64,000 bases of DNA, from IMG/VR virus record IMGVR_UViG_3300050034_000334, one strand, 5' to 3'. This stretch comes from a virus (lineage: Duplodnaviria > Caudoviricetes). A program made the translations under genes and the position numbers. Every line of letters begins with the position of its first letter. The stretch's first letter is position 1. Shown here in pieces: positions 8,041 to 16,786 of the stretch. The notes below the pieces were generated by a model. It saw nothing but the letters and a program-made list of their open reading frames with translations. It ran no database searches and was not told the DNA's origin.

Positions 8041-8571
8041 TTGAAATCTTGCGAAAATTGCACTACTCTTCACGATGGTACTTATGGTTCTGGTCGTTTC
8101 TGTTCAATTGGCTGTGCTAGAGGCTTTGCCACCAAAGCATCTAGGTTAAAAATCAACCAAGAAGTGAGTGCTAAACTGAAGGGTAAACCTGTTCGTAATC
8201 GTAGTCCTCATAGTAAAGAAGTGAAGGAAAAGATACGCAGAAGCATCAATCAAGGATTTCAAATCAAATTCCAAAAGTGGATAGATGACTGGCTTTCCGG
8301 AAAGATACATCCCACAAGAGCCAACTATAGAGTAGTGCACAAAGCATTAGCCATTTTAAGAGGAGATAAGTGTGAACAATGCGGTTGGAAAGAGGTTCAT
8401 CCGAAAACTGGACTTATCCCAGTGCAACTTCATCATATTGACGGTGATGGAGATAACAATTCACCAGATAATGTGAAACTGTTGTGTCCAAGCTGTCATT
8501 CACTCACTCTCAATTTCATGGCTTTGAACTACTACAACAAATTGTCAAAGATCACGCCGTTGTTCGCCTGA
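8041..8571 (+). CDS. HNH homing-type endonuclease, antisense to the tRNA array (start uncertain; track ORF from 8002)
   Basis: CENC..HDGTYGSGRFCS..C start as in 4375..5001; CEQCG...QLHHIDGDGDNNSPDNVKLLCPSCH. Confidence 0.88.
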   Translation: MKSCENCTTLHDGTYGSGRFCSIGCARGFATKASRLKINQEVSAKLKGKPVRNRSPHSKEVKEKIRRSINQGFQIKFQKWIDDWLSGKIHPTRANYRVVHKALAILRGDKCEQCGWKEVHPKTGLIPVQLHHIDGDGDNNSPDNVKLLCPSCHSLTLNFMALNYYNKLSKITPLFA

Positions 8572-8588
8572 GCGAATCAATTCAAACT

Positions 8589-8665
8589 TGGTCGGGCCAC
8601 TAGGGTTCGAACCTAGGACCTTGGGATTATGAGTCCCTTGCTCTAACCAACTGAGCTATGGCCCG
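8589..8665 (-). tRNA. tRNA(CAT), probably Ile2 (lysidine type)
   Basis: CGGGCCA...GGGA-CTCATAA-TCCC...TGGCCCG-A-CCA; resembles ileX-type tRNAs; identity tentative. Confidence 0.88.
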
Positions 8666-8693
8666 AACTCGAACTCGGCTCGTGCAAAAACTT

Positions 8694-8770
8694 TGGTGAT
8701 CCCGGAGGGAGTTGAACCCCCAACCTTATGGTTCGTAGCCATACGCGCTATCCAGTTGCGCCACGGGACC
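8694..8770 (-). tRNA. tRNA-Arg(ACG)
   Basis: GGTCCCG...TATGG-CTACGAA-CCATA...CGGGATC-A-CCA. Confidence 0.96.
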
Positions 8771-8789
8771 ACTCTCAAAATCCATCCCT

Positions 8790-8825
8790 AAAAACCAAAT
8801 CCCGCCAGCTTGTGGGCTTGGCGGG
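8790..8825 (-). terminator. Intrinsic terminator of attenuator A, directly upstream of tRNA array A
   Basis: CCCGCCA-AGCCCACAAGC-TGGCGGG followed by ATTTGGTTTTT. Confidence 0.85.
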
Positions 8826-8852
8826 TGGAAACTCTGAAAATACCAGGTAGGA

Positions 8853-8948
8853 TTACGCACTACCTCCAGAATCCAGACCGCCGATGGCATGCTGATTTCG
8901 CTGCCACTGCTTATGCTGTCTCATCGAATTGGTCTGTATCTGTTTCAC
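8853..8948 (-). CDS. Leader peptide of attenuator A: MKQIQTNSMRQHKQWQRNQHAIGGLDSGGSA (31 aa, GTG start)
   Basis: RBS AAGGGAG 4 nt before GTG; 17 of codons 2-20 are K/Q/I/N/M/R/H/W; 3' part pairs with the terminator 5' arm. Confidence 0.85.
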   Translation of the reverse strand: MKQIQTNSMRQHKQWQRNQHAIGGLDSGGSA

Positions 8949-9010
8949 AGTACTCCCTTGACAAATTTCATAATACTACGGTTTCCTCTGATCGGGGAAA
9001 CTATTTTTGC

Positions 9011-9134
9011 CAGTGATTACGGAATCCTTTGTAACAAAACACTCAACCATGAAGGATTCGAACCTTCGCTATGAATGCACCCAATCATGACACTGTTCAG
9101 CACCAGGGGTCTACAAAGGATTCCGTAATCACTG
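9011..9134 (-). ncRNA. Promoter-proximal hairpin RNA with a perfect 23-bp stem enclosing a tRNA T-arm remnant
   Basis: CAGTGATTACGGAATCCTTTGTA (9011-9033) and its exact reverse complement (9112-9134); loop contains GAAGG-TTCGAAT-CCTTC. Confidence 0.6.
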
Positions 9135-9144
9135 TACATTACAC

Positions 9145-9172
9145 TCTACCGAACAACTTCTCAAAACGGTTA
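9145..9172 (-). promoter_or_regulatory. Phage promoter motif TAACCG-N16-GGTAGA
   Basis: Exact motif match upstream of the hairpin and leader A. Confidence 0.75.
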
Positions 9173-9385
9173 ATGATGCCTTTAGACAGATTCAGGGAGG
9201 TACTCGCGTCTTTTATCTCCCAGCCCGGTGGCCACCAGACAATTAGAAGATTGGCCTGACGCTTTCGCTCCCTGTCACTGCTCGAGTCTATCCTGTGTAC
9301 TTTAGGAAGCAAGGCTCTGTTGGCTCCACCGCGCAATGGGTGATGAAGACCTGCCCCTCACTCACTTGTCAACTCAATGGATTCC

Positions 9386-9413
9386 TCTACGGTGGTCTGT
9401 GGAGGAACGGTTA
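9386..9413 (-). promoter_or_regulatory. Phage promoter motif TAACCG-N16-CGTAGA
   Basis: Exact motif match. Confidence 0.7.
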
Positions 9414-9426
9414 GGCGGTCACTGGC

Positions 9427-10500
9427 TCATCGGTCAGTTGGGCATCGGCCATCGTTCAGACGAAGAGTGAACTGAGCGATATGAACTGGCTCATTCTCTT
9501 TGATGGCCTTCTGCCAGTAGAACTGATACTGACTGGCGTAACCTGCCAGCTGGGCATCCTCCAGTGTGAACTTCACAAAGGGGATGAGATTTTTGCCTCC
9601 CTCGATGCCGAACAAACGGGGACCAAGAGCCTTCCTGATTCTGGCATAGGTGTAGCTGATGTAGATGCCAGGACTGGTGACGTTGCACCAGTTCTCAATG
9701 TCGAGGATGGTGTTCTTCCCGACTGCAGCTGAGTTGAACTGCCAGGCCAGGACGTTCCATGCCAACTGAGGAGAGACTACAGCGTTCTCGCTGGGCTTGA
9801 TCACCTTGCTAACTTCTTCGAACAGTTCCTCAGCCGCCACAAGGTTCGCTTCTGCTCCCTCCTTCTCCCGGGAGCGCATCTTCTTGTAGTCCTTGCCCAG
9901 AACCAGACCCATCGGCTTGTGCTGATCTCCCAATCCCAGGCTCTTGAAATGTTCGTGTTGCTCATACCCTGTCAGATATAAGTCCGGAGCACAGAATTCT
10001 ACGAAGCTCAGATCGTGTGCTGCATAGGTTGGACGACCGTCAGAGCGGTATATCACGACACCGTTGAACATCTTACAGCCTTCGTACTCTCCGGTGCCGG
10101 GAGTCAGTGTGTATCCTGTGGGCGGCTTCATGTCCCTATCAAATAAGATGAATGGCTGATATCCGGAGATGTGACACCAGTTGTTGAATGCCGTGTACGC
10201 TCCCTCTTTCTCGCCAATGGTGACTCCCAGCATTGCGACTGGCTTGGCTTTGGTGATATTTGCCAGCGCGGCGGCGATTGCCAGGTTCTTGATGTGCCCG
10301 ACATGAAGGTCTTTGTTGAGGTTAGGTGAGAATCCATCCAGAGTTATCTCGGATGGTTTGGCTTTCTCAGGCCATTCCCAGACGGTTGGCGTTACATGGT
10401 AGTTGTGGTAAATACCCACAGATTCATAACGAAATCCCTTGAGATCGAGTGGAGTGAGTGAAGTGACACCAACTCCCACTTGTTCAGGTATAGGATGCAT
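9427..10500 (-). CDS. argS: Arginyl-tRNA synthetase, reduced and C-terminally truncated
   Basis: SPNLNKDLHVGH (HIGH), YRSDGRPTYAAHDL, KKMRSRE, PGIYISYTYARI, start of DALR domain (NEPVHIAQFTLRL) then an abrupt end. Confidence 0.85.
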   Translation of the reverse strand: MHPIPEQVGVGVTSLTPLDLKGFRYESVGIYHNYHVTPTVWEWPEKAKPSEITLDGFSPNLNKDLHVGHIKNLAIAAALANITKAKPVAMLGVTIGEKEGAYTAFNNWCHISGYQPFILFDRDMKPPTGYTLTPGTGEYEGCKMFNGVVIYRSDGRPTYAAHDLSFVEFCAPDLYLTGYEQHEHFKSLGLGDQHKPMGLVLGKDYKKMRSREKEGAEANLVAAEELFEEVSKVIKPSENAVVSPQLAWNVLAWQFNSAAVGKNTILDIENWCNVTSPGIYISYTYARIRKALGPRLFGIEGGKNLIPFVKFTLEDAQLAGYASQYQFYWQKAIKENEPVHIAQFTLRLNDGRCPTDR

Positions 10501-10554
10501 GAGATCTTCCTCTCCAACCACATTCTACCAGAAGATGCCGGAATAAGGCTAGTT

Positions 10555-10582
10555 TACCCGATCTCTGGTACCGCAACGTAGA
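10555..10582 (+). promoter_or_regulatory. Promoter variant TACCCG-N16-CGTAGA
   Basis: ATG of the macrodomain gene lies 7 nt after it; a weaker divergent variant (TAGCCT-N16-GGTAGA, 10524-10551) faces argS. Confidence 0.6.
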
Positions 10583-10589
10583 GTGAAGT

Positions 10590-11297
10590 ATGAAAAAGAC
10601 AATCCGTCTCACCGTGGGCAATGTCGAAACCTCTGGCGCGGAAGCTATTGTCAACGCAGCGAACAGGCATCTCAAGACTGGTCGCGGTGTATGCGGTGCG
10701 ATCTATGCCGCCGCTGGCGTGACAGAGCTTGAAACCTATGTAGCAGATCACTTTGAAGGCTGCCGCACCGGCAGAGCCGTGGTGACTCCAGCGTTTGGCA
10801 TCAGCGGATCCAAGTATGTCCTCCACGCTGTTGGTCCGATCTACTCCGAATACACTCCCCTAGAGGCGGCTCGCCTCCTCCGCAAAGCCTATCACTCGAT
10901 CTTTGAACTCTGCTACTCGCTGGGAGTCAAGAATGTCGGCGTCGTGGCGATCTCGTCTGGTATCTACGGGTATCCGGTTGAAGACGTTGCGAACATCGCG
11001 GCTGACGAGGCCATGCGCACCCCTTACAAGGGCGACATCACCTTCTACGTCTGGCAGGACAATCTGGCCGTCTTCGAGAAAGCCTTCGCTTCGATCCTCA
11101 CTCCAGCAGTTCCTGTGATCGTCGATAAGTGCGCTGTATGCGATTTGCCGGCTGACCACATCGACCATATCGGCCTTCTTGGAATGGGAATTGACCATCC
11201 TTTCAAAAGTTCACTGCAGCCAGTTACACCAGTATCTGATCCTGTGGACGCGAGCACGCGCAAGGTCTTCACGATGGATGACCCAGCAGTAGTCTGA
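10590..11297 (+). CDS. Macrodomain protein (ADP-ribose binding or hydrolase)
   Basis: AIVNAAN..L..GRGVCGAIYAAAG; YVLHAVGP; VAISSGIYGYP. Confidence 0.92.
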   Translation: MKKTIRLTVGNVETSGAEAIVNAANRHLKTGRGVCGAIYAAAGVTELETYVADHFEGCRTGRAVVTPAFGISGSKYVLHAVGPIYSEYTPLEAARLLRKAYHSIFELCYSLGVKNVGVVAISSGIYGYPVEDVANIAADEAMRTPYKGDITFYVWQDNLAVFEKAFASILTPAVPVIVDKCAVCDLPADHIDHIGLLGMGIDHPFKSSLQPVTPVSDPVDASTRKVFTMDDPAVV

Positions 11298-11301
11298 CAC
11301 T

Positions 11302-11556
11302 ATGGCGCCAACGAAGTGGAAGAAAATTCGCTGGTTCTTCAAGATCGGCACTGACTACTTTGCCCGGTCTGAGATCAAGTCTGTTCGGCAGTTGAAGACT
11401 CCGTCTCCTGATCGAGACGGAGGACCTGATCGTACCTGGATTGTGACGGTCACCCCTGAGTCAGTCGGTGGTGACCCTCGCTACAGCAAGATCTGGGTCA
11501 CTGAAGAACAGGTTGCGCCTATCCTGGTTGCTCTCGAGGAAGAGGTCAACGGATGA
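11302..11556 (+). CDS. Hypothetical protein
   Basis: ORF follows the macrodomain gene in operon. Confidence 0.55.
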   Translation: MAPTKWKKIRWFFKIGTDYFARSEIKSVRQLKTPSPDRDGGPDRTWIVTVTPESVGGDPRYSKIWVTEEQVAPILVALEEEVNG

Positions 11557-12352
11557 TTGAATTAAAAGAACATCAGATTAAGGTTTCTGGTCTGAGGAAG
11601 CTCAGTGCCAAGGTCCTTAGAACCAAACTACGACTTGCTCCTGGGTCTACCGCAAACATGCGAACGTCATGCAGTCTCGTAGCGAGATTCTGGAGTTTCT
11701 TGAGATCTTCTTGTATCTGCAGGTATGTATTGTAATTCACCATGACCGCCAGCTTCTCGCCCTTTGTACTTATGACGAGAACCTCTTCGGCCTCAATGGA
11801 CAAGGCGATTCGTACTGCAAAGCCGGTAACTGAGGCGGCCAAGGTCAAGGTCGACAACGACAACGCACTCATATAGGGATTCAAGATGGGGAAGTGGGAC
11901 AATGATGTATCCGTGCTTAGGCTGGGTCGATATCTACGAAAGAATGCCACAGCCAGGGGATCACGTTGAACTTAGAATGTCCGACGAACCTCATGGAAAC
12001 TCGGGAAGCATATGTGGAATCACGAAAGTGAACAAGACTCCGAAGTTAGGAGAACACTGGCCAATCCCGGATCCCAGGTCAAAGGGTAGGATGGTCTGGG
12101 TTAGGTACTGGAGAAGAGTTCAGTGAATTTGTCTCGTTCAGTTCAGCGTCGTGTTGCAGCCCAGAAAGGTGAGCCTGCTCCAACTTTTGAGAACAAGGCC
12201 ATAGAGGAGTCTGCAACTGGGGGAAGAATACATGAAGCAGTTGAGGCTATTCGCCAACTCAGAGAGAAGAGAAAGCTCGCTGCTCCAGTCATCCTACCCG
12301 ATCCTTCAACCGACTCAGTAGAAGATGTGTAACTATTCAGGAGAACCCGCAC

Positions 12353-13033
12353 ATGAGTAAACTCACCGAAGCATTGCATCATATTCCTGGTGCAAACCTC
12401 GTCGTGGACTTTGACGATGATAAACCAGAACCCAGTCATCACCCCGATCGCGCTGCTGCTCCACCAGCTGCCTCTCAGGGATATCAGCCTCAGCAGCCTC
12501 AACCGGCCTCCTATCAACCCAATGCCTACACTCCAGCTGTTGGTGTAGTGGGAGTTTCCACTGTCGATCCTAACAACGATGCCTACCAGCGTCTGCTTGC
12601 CAAGACTGACTTCAAGACCTCCAAGGCTTCGGTGGTCATCGAGGGATGTCTCGCTCTTCTTGCCAATGTACCAATGGATGATCGTCTCAAGTTCAAGGCG
12701 GCGGTCGCTCAGGCCGGAGCACAGGGCATCACAGCGGACGTTATTCTGTCCACCTTTGACCAACTCAAGCAGGCACTGCAGGATGAAGGCGAGAAGTTCG
12801 CCAAGTTCATTCAGAGTCAGCTGGACAAAGAGGTCACAGGCCGGCAGAACCAGATCCAGCAGCTTACTGCTCAGGCTCAGCAGATTCAGGCTCAAATCAA
12901 TCAACTGAACGAAGATTCGTTCGCTGCTCAACAGAAGATTCAAGGCGCACAGCACACGTTCGACACCGCGTTCACTGCTCGTTCGGCTGAATTGGACAAC
13001 GAAAAAGCAACCAAGGCAAATCTACTCAATTAA
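12353..13033 (+). CDS. Coiled-coil hypothetical protein of the ABC-transporter-associated cluster
   Basis: RBS AGGAG; Gln-rich coiled-coil C-terminus. Confidence 0.7.
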   Translation: MSKLTEALHHIPGANLVVDFDDDKPEPSHHPDRAAAPPAASQGYQPQQPQPASYQPNAYTPAVGVVGVSTVDPNNDAYQRLLAKTDFKTSKASVVIEGCLALLANVPMDDRLKFKAAVAQAGAQGITADVILSTFDQLKQALQDEGEKFAKFIQSQLDKEVTGRQNQIQQLTAQAQQIQAQINQLNEDSFAAQQKIQGAQHTFDTAFTARSAELDNEKATKANLLN

Positions 13034-13067
13034 CAAGTTCGCTGGGAAGGCGAAACGGAGAAACACC

Positions 13068-14120
13068 ATGGCTATGGAACTGCCCACCGTTGATACTGCA
13101 AAATCCTTCTGGTCTCGACCGGAAGGAAAAGTCGGTGCCCTTATCCTTTTGTTGATCGCGGGTCTGGGCATCTATGAATACTCACTAATCCTGCCCTGGT
13201 TTGTCACGATGCTCGAGGATACCGTTCACATGGTGTTTCTCGGATGCGTTTTGGTAGCCATGGGTTGGCTGCTGTTCAGCAAGACTTCGCACATGATGTT
13301 CCGGGTTCTCATGCGCGTCTTCACTGGCTTGTTTGTCAGCGTCTATCCGATTGAGATCATCGAAGACAAACTCACGGAGATGAAGAAACGGCGCGACAAG
13401 ATGAACGCACAGATCTCGGAGGTCTCCGGTCAGATTGTCACTCTACAACGGGTCATGACCAAGAATCATCAGGATGCTGTGCAGGGTTTCAACATGGCAC
13501 ATGCTGCCCAAGATCAGGCCGCTCGAGCCAGTGACGATGCTGAGAGACTCCGCAAGCAGCTACAGATACAAGCCAATGCGCGCAAGGCCCAGAGACGTGA
13601 GAACGCCAATGTCGGCTATGCCACACTGCTCCAGAAACTGCAGGGCATCTACAGCTTCCTGTCCAAGTACGCTGCCCACATCGACTTCTTCATCGATGAC
13701 ACCACAGACGAAGTTGAGCAGAAGAAGATCGAGTACAAGACGACCAACACTGCCTTTGGCGCCATGACCATGGCTATGAAGGTGATGAAGGGCAACGCGA
13801 CTGAAGAAGACATCTACGGCCAAGCGATGGATTACATCGAGTCCGATGTCAGCCGCAAACTGGGAATCATGGATGATCTACAACGGGTCAGCCAGAACTT
13901 CATGGATGGTCTTGACGTTCAGGAAGGTGCTGTTGACACCCAGGCTCTCCAGGCTCTCAACGATTATGAGCACAAGCTGCTCACTTCCGGCGACACTGAA
14001 CTCGCAGTGATGCTACCGGGATCAACCCCGCAGAAAGTACCAGTGGCTCGTGGGTCAGTGACAACGATGCCTTCGTTCAGCAACTCAGGCGGCGACGACT
14101 ATTCCAGTCTCCTCAAGTAA
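13068..14120 (+). CDS. Membrane-anchored coiled-coil protein (PspA-like C-terminal region)
   Basis: N-terminal transmembrane segments (SFWSRPEGKVG...), long helical region. Confidence 0.7.
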   Translation: MAMELPTVDTAKSFWSRPEGKVGALILLLIAGLGIYEYSLILPWFVTMLEDTVHMVFLGCVLVAMGWLLFSKTSHMMFRVLMRVFTGLFVSVYPIEIIEDKLTEMKKRRDKMNAQISEVSGQIVTLQRVMTKNHQDAVQGFNMAHAAQDQAARASDDAERLRKQLQIQANARKAQRRENANVGYATLLQKLQGIYSFLSKYAAHIDFFIDDTTDEVEQKKIEYKTTNTAFGAMTMAMKVMKGNATEEDIYGQAMDYIESDVSRKLGIMDDLQRVSQNFMDGLDVQEGAVDTQALQALNDYEHKLLTSGDTELAVMLPGSTPQKVPVARGSVTTMPSFSNSGGDDYSSLLK

Positions 14121-14164
14121 CCACCGCTCAGGCGGAATTCAGCAACAGAAAGAAGAGAGAACAC

Positions 14165-14467
14165 ATGAAAATCAAGAAGGGTCCCGGAATCATATTGGGC
14201 ATCCTGGTGGTGGGTCTTGGACTGTACTTCGGTCGTCCGTTCTTACTGGCCCACCTTCCCTCCAACTTCCTCAAGAGCATCGGTGTCAGCAAAGTTGTCA
14301 TGCCTGACATCAAGGATGCAACAATCAAGAACGTCACTCCGGTTGCGTTCCCCAGCACTTCTGCAGCCGAAACCTCTGCGACTTTATTTCGCGGCGGCAT
14401 CTGGGAGTGGAATGCTCAGAGGTTGTTCATACTTAGGGTCTTGAAGTCAAAAGACCTTATAGATTGA
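14165..14467 (+). pseudogene. N-terminal fragment of an ABC-type substrate-binding protein
   Basis: TM anchor and ...GIWEWNAQ, then the coding style breaks at ~14420 into a hairpin; family call from memory. Confidence 0.55.
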
Positions 14468-14499
14468 ACAAAAGAGTATCATTGAGAAAGGTGAAAATC

Positions 14500-14757
14500 A
14501 TGACAACTGGAGTATTGGAAATCGAAGGCAATGGCCTACTGATCATGCTCGACAAAACTGGCGATTCGAGGATGCAGTGGGATCGCGATAACCCTGAAGA
14601 AGTCACCAAGGCCGAAGCTCGATTCAAGGAGTTGAAGGGCAAGGGTTATCTGGCTTACAGCGTGGGCAAGAAGGGTGACCGTGAAGGCGAGGTCATCAAC
14701 AAATTTGATCCCAGTCTTGAGCGCATCATCATGCACTCTCCGATGCAAGGAGGCTAG
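14500..14757 (+). CDS. Small conserved phage protein ending in di-glycine (...MHSPMQGG)
   Basis: RBS GAAAGGTG; [11 protein letters not shown]...[10 protein letters not shown]; C-terminal GG. Confidence 0.75.
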   Translation: MTTGVLEIEGNGLLIMLDKTGDSRMQWDRDNPEEVTKAEARFKELKGKGYLAYSVGKKGDREGEVINKFDPSLERIIMHSPMQGG

Positions 14758-14759
14758 TC

Positions 14760-14984
14760 ATGTCGGAAGCACCTAAATACAAAGGTAAGGTCAAGTGGTT
14801 CAATAACGCCAAAGGATATGGATTCATTGGGCGTGAAGATGGGCCAGATGTATTCGTTCACTACTCGGCAATCCAGTTGAACGGATACAAAACTCTCAAA
14901 GAAGGTGATGATGTCGAGTTCGGCATTGTCGAAGGACAGAAAGGTCCCCAGGCGGATTCAGTTATTCGTTTGCAGGATGTGTAA
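14760..14984 (+). CDS. csp: Cold-shock protein (CspA family)
   Basis: [16 protein letters not shown]...DVFVHYSAI (RNP1/RNP2). Confidence 0.97.
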   Translation: MSEAPKYKGKVKWFNNAKGYGFIGREDGPDVFVHYSAIQLNGYKTLKEGDDVEFGIVEGQKGPQADSVIRLQDV

Positions 14985-14998
14985 GGAGGAGATCGAAC

Positions 14999-15508
14999 AT
15001 GTGTCTTGATGCGGTCACCGAAACCTATGACCATCCTTCCACGCTGATTGTAGATGGCTGGAAGGAATTCGGAGGGTCAACCAAGCAGCCAACCTTCCAA
15101 AACTACACATACAAAGGATCCAATGTTGTCCCTCTCGACACCTGGATTCCGGCTTCCAACGAGCATTCAGCGCAAATCAAAGCCAACGACGGCAAGAAGT
15201 ATGAGCCAGGGTTTCACACCTACTTTGATGAGACCGAATTCAAGGGCATGGGCAGGTCTAATTCAAATTCATATCGCCGCGTGTTCCTCCGCAAGGTCTC
15301 TTGTCTTGGCCGGCAGTCCAGTCTGAAGACGGTTATCGCTCTGGAGATGTATGTTCCATCTGACCAGAACGGATGGCCTCCAAAGAAATCCAGGGATGAC
15401 GACGATCCCATCACTCCTATCACTCCCAGCGATCCTTCAGCGAAGAAGAGGACGCCCAGGAAGAGCATCATGGAACGCTTCAGAGGAATCACTCCGGGGA
15501 ATGCCTAA
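14999..15508 (+). CDS. Hypothetical protein
   Basis: RBS AAGGAGGAG; in operon. Confidence 0.65.
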   Translation: MCLDAVTETYDHPSTLIVDGWKEFGGSTKQPTFQNYTYKGSNVVPLDTWIPASNEHSAQIKANDGKKYEPGFHTYFDETEFKGMGRSNSNSYRRVFLRKVSCLGRQSSLKTVIALEMYVPSDQNGWPPKKSRDDDDPITPITPSDPSAKKRTPRKSIMERFRGITPGNA

Positions 15509-16464
15509 TGCCTAACGCCGAAGCAGTCACTCACGGATACAATCCCACTCCCTTTCCGCTCATGCTCACGGATGGAACTGCCACCACCGCACCCAATCGA
15601 GCTACCCTCGCTCCTCTCACTGTTCCTCTGGACATGTGTGTAGCTTCGAGTTGGGAACTTCCTCCAGGAGGTCCGTATGCAGGGCCTGATGCTGACCCCA
15701 ACTGGGCTGGTCTGGATCTCGTTGCGACTAACAATTCTCATCCCTACTATACCGGATGGGATTATGGAGTCGGATCAGGTCAATCGGTGGTAACCATGAA
15801 CTACAAGATCGATTACCCGACCATAACGACCACCAATGCCAGCAACTATGTGTACTATTACAACCTGGGCAACTATGAGTACACTCCGGCAGAAGCATCG
15901 GTCGTCAACGTCAAGTACAACTATCAGAACTACATGCAACAGTACCAGAACATGATGGTCCAGAACTACCAGAATTATGTGGGGAACGTGATCGTCACCA
16001 ACGATTATGTTTGCACTCCGGATCAGGTCAACTGGCAGTATGTCAATGTTTCTCCTGCCTATCACGAGTCGGAGGAACAGAAGGCTACAAGGCTGGCTGC
16101 CCAGCAGTTGCGTGAAGAGGAAGAGAAGGCTGCAGAGACTCGTGCAGAGGATCTGTTGATCGCTCTTCTTACGGACGCACAGATCCTTCAGTACCAGATG
16201 CACGGATACTTCGAAACCGAAGTCAATGACAAGATCTACCGCATCAAGAAGGGGCGGTCAGGGAATGTCGAATTGATCGAGGAAGGGAAGCCCAAGTTCC
16301 GGTATTGCGCTCATCCATCCGAATGGACTCCTAATCAGGACGTCATGATCTCCCAGCTGCTGATGCTCAAGACTGACGAAGCTCGGTTCCTGAAGACTGC
16401 CAATCGGACTGTGCTCTATCAACCGGCTGTGGCTCAGGCCATGGCAGCACTGGACAGGTTGTAG
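15508..16464 (+). CDS. Hypothetical protein with Tyr/Asn/Gln-rich low-complexity region and a conserved-looking C-terminal domain
   Basis: YNYQNYMQQY repeats; C-terminal YRIKKG...RYCAHP...DVMISQLLMLKTDEARFLKTAN. Confidence 0.7.
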   Translation: MPNAEAVTHGYNPTPFPLMLTDGTATTAPNRATLAPLTVPLDMCVASSWELPPGGPYAGPDADPNWAGLDLVATNNSHPYYTGWDYGVGSGQSVVTMNYKIDYPTITTTNASNYVYYYNLGNYEYTPAEASVVNVKYNYQNYMQQYQNMMVQNYQNYVGNVIVTNDYVCTPDQVNWQYVNVSPAYHESEEQKATRLAAQQLREEEEKAAETRAEDLLIALLTDAQILQYQMHGYFETEVNDKIYRIKKGRSGNVELIEEGKPKFRYCAHPSEWTPNQDVMISQLLMLKTDEARFLKTANRTVLYQPAVAQAMAALDRL

Positions 16465-16465
16465 C

Positions 16466-16759
16466 ATGAAACTTCACTTGAATGAATCCTCCAGGGAGAT
16501 TGTAACTGGTATGGCTGGGCTCCTTGGAGGACGCGTCATCGCGGTCTATTCCAGCAAGAGCGCGGCGGAAGAGATTGTCCGTCTCGTGAATGGAAGTGAA
16601 GCCCAGCTGGCTGCGCTCACAGGAGTGAAAGCCTGGTTTCAGAAGTTGGAAGATGACACTGATGACATGGATCCTCTCAAGGCCATGCGTCAACTCTATC
16701 ATGCTCCGGTTCATGCCATGCTGGACAAAGGGATCGCTGCCACCAAAAAGAGTCGTTAA
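16466..16759 (+). CDS. Hypothetical protein
   Basis: Coupled to the upstream stop codon. Confidence 0.55.
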   Translation: MKLHLNESSREIVTGMAGLLGGRVIAVYSSKSAAEEIVRLVNGSEAQLAALTGVKAWFQKLEDDTDDMDPLKAMRQLYHAPVHAMLDKGIAATKKSR

Positions 16760-16784
16760 CCGATCTCATTGCTGAGTCGGTAGA
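16757..16784 (+). promoter_or_regulatory. Phage promoter motif TAACCG-N16-GGTAGA
   Basis: Exact motif match on the + strand. Confidence 0.75.
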
Positions 16785-16786
16785 TC

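Noticed and set aside
3217-8073. Track ORFs such as 3217..3528, 6536..6811, 7227..7532 and 7738..8073 as full-length proteins
   Set aside because: They run through tRNA genes and translate tRNA sequence (e.g. GSNPT, GGSSP); at most their non-tRNA tails are coding.
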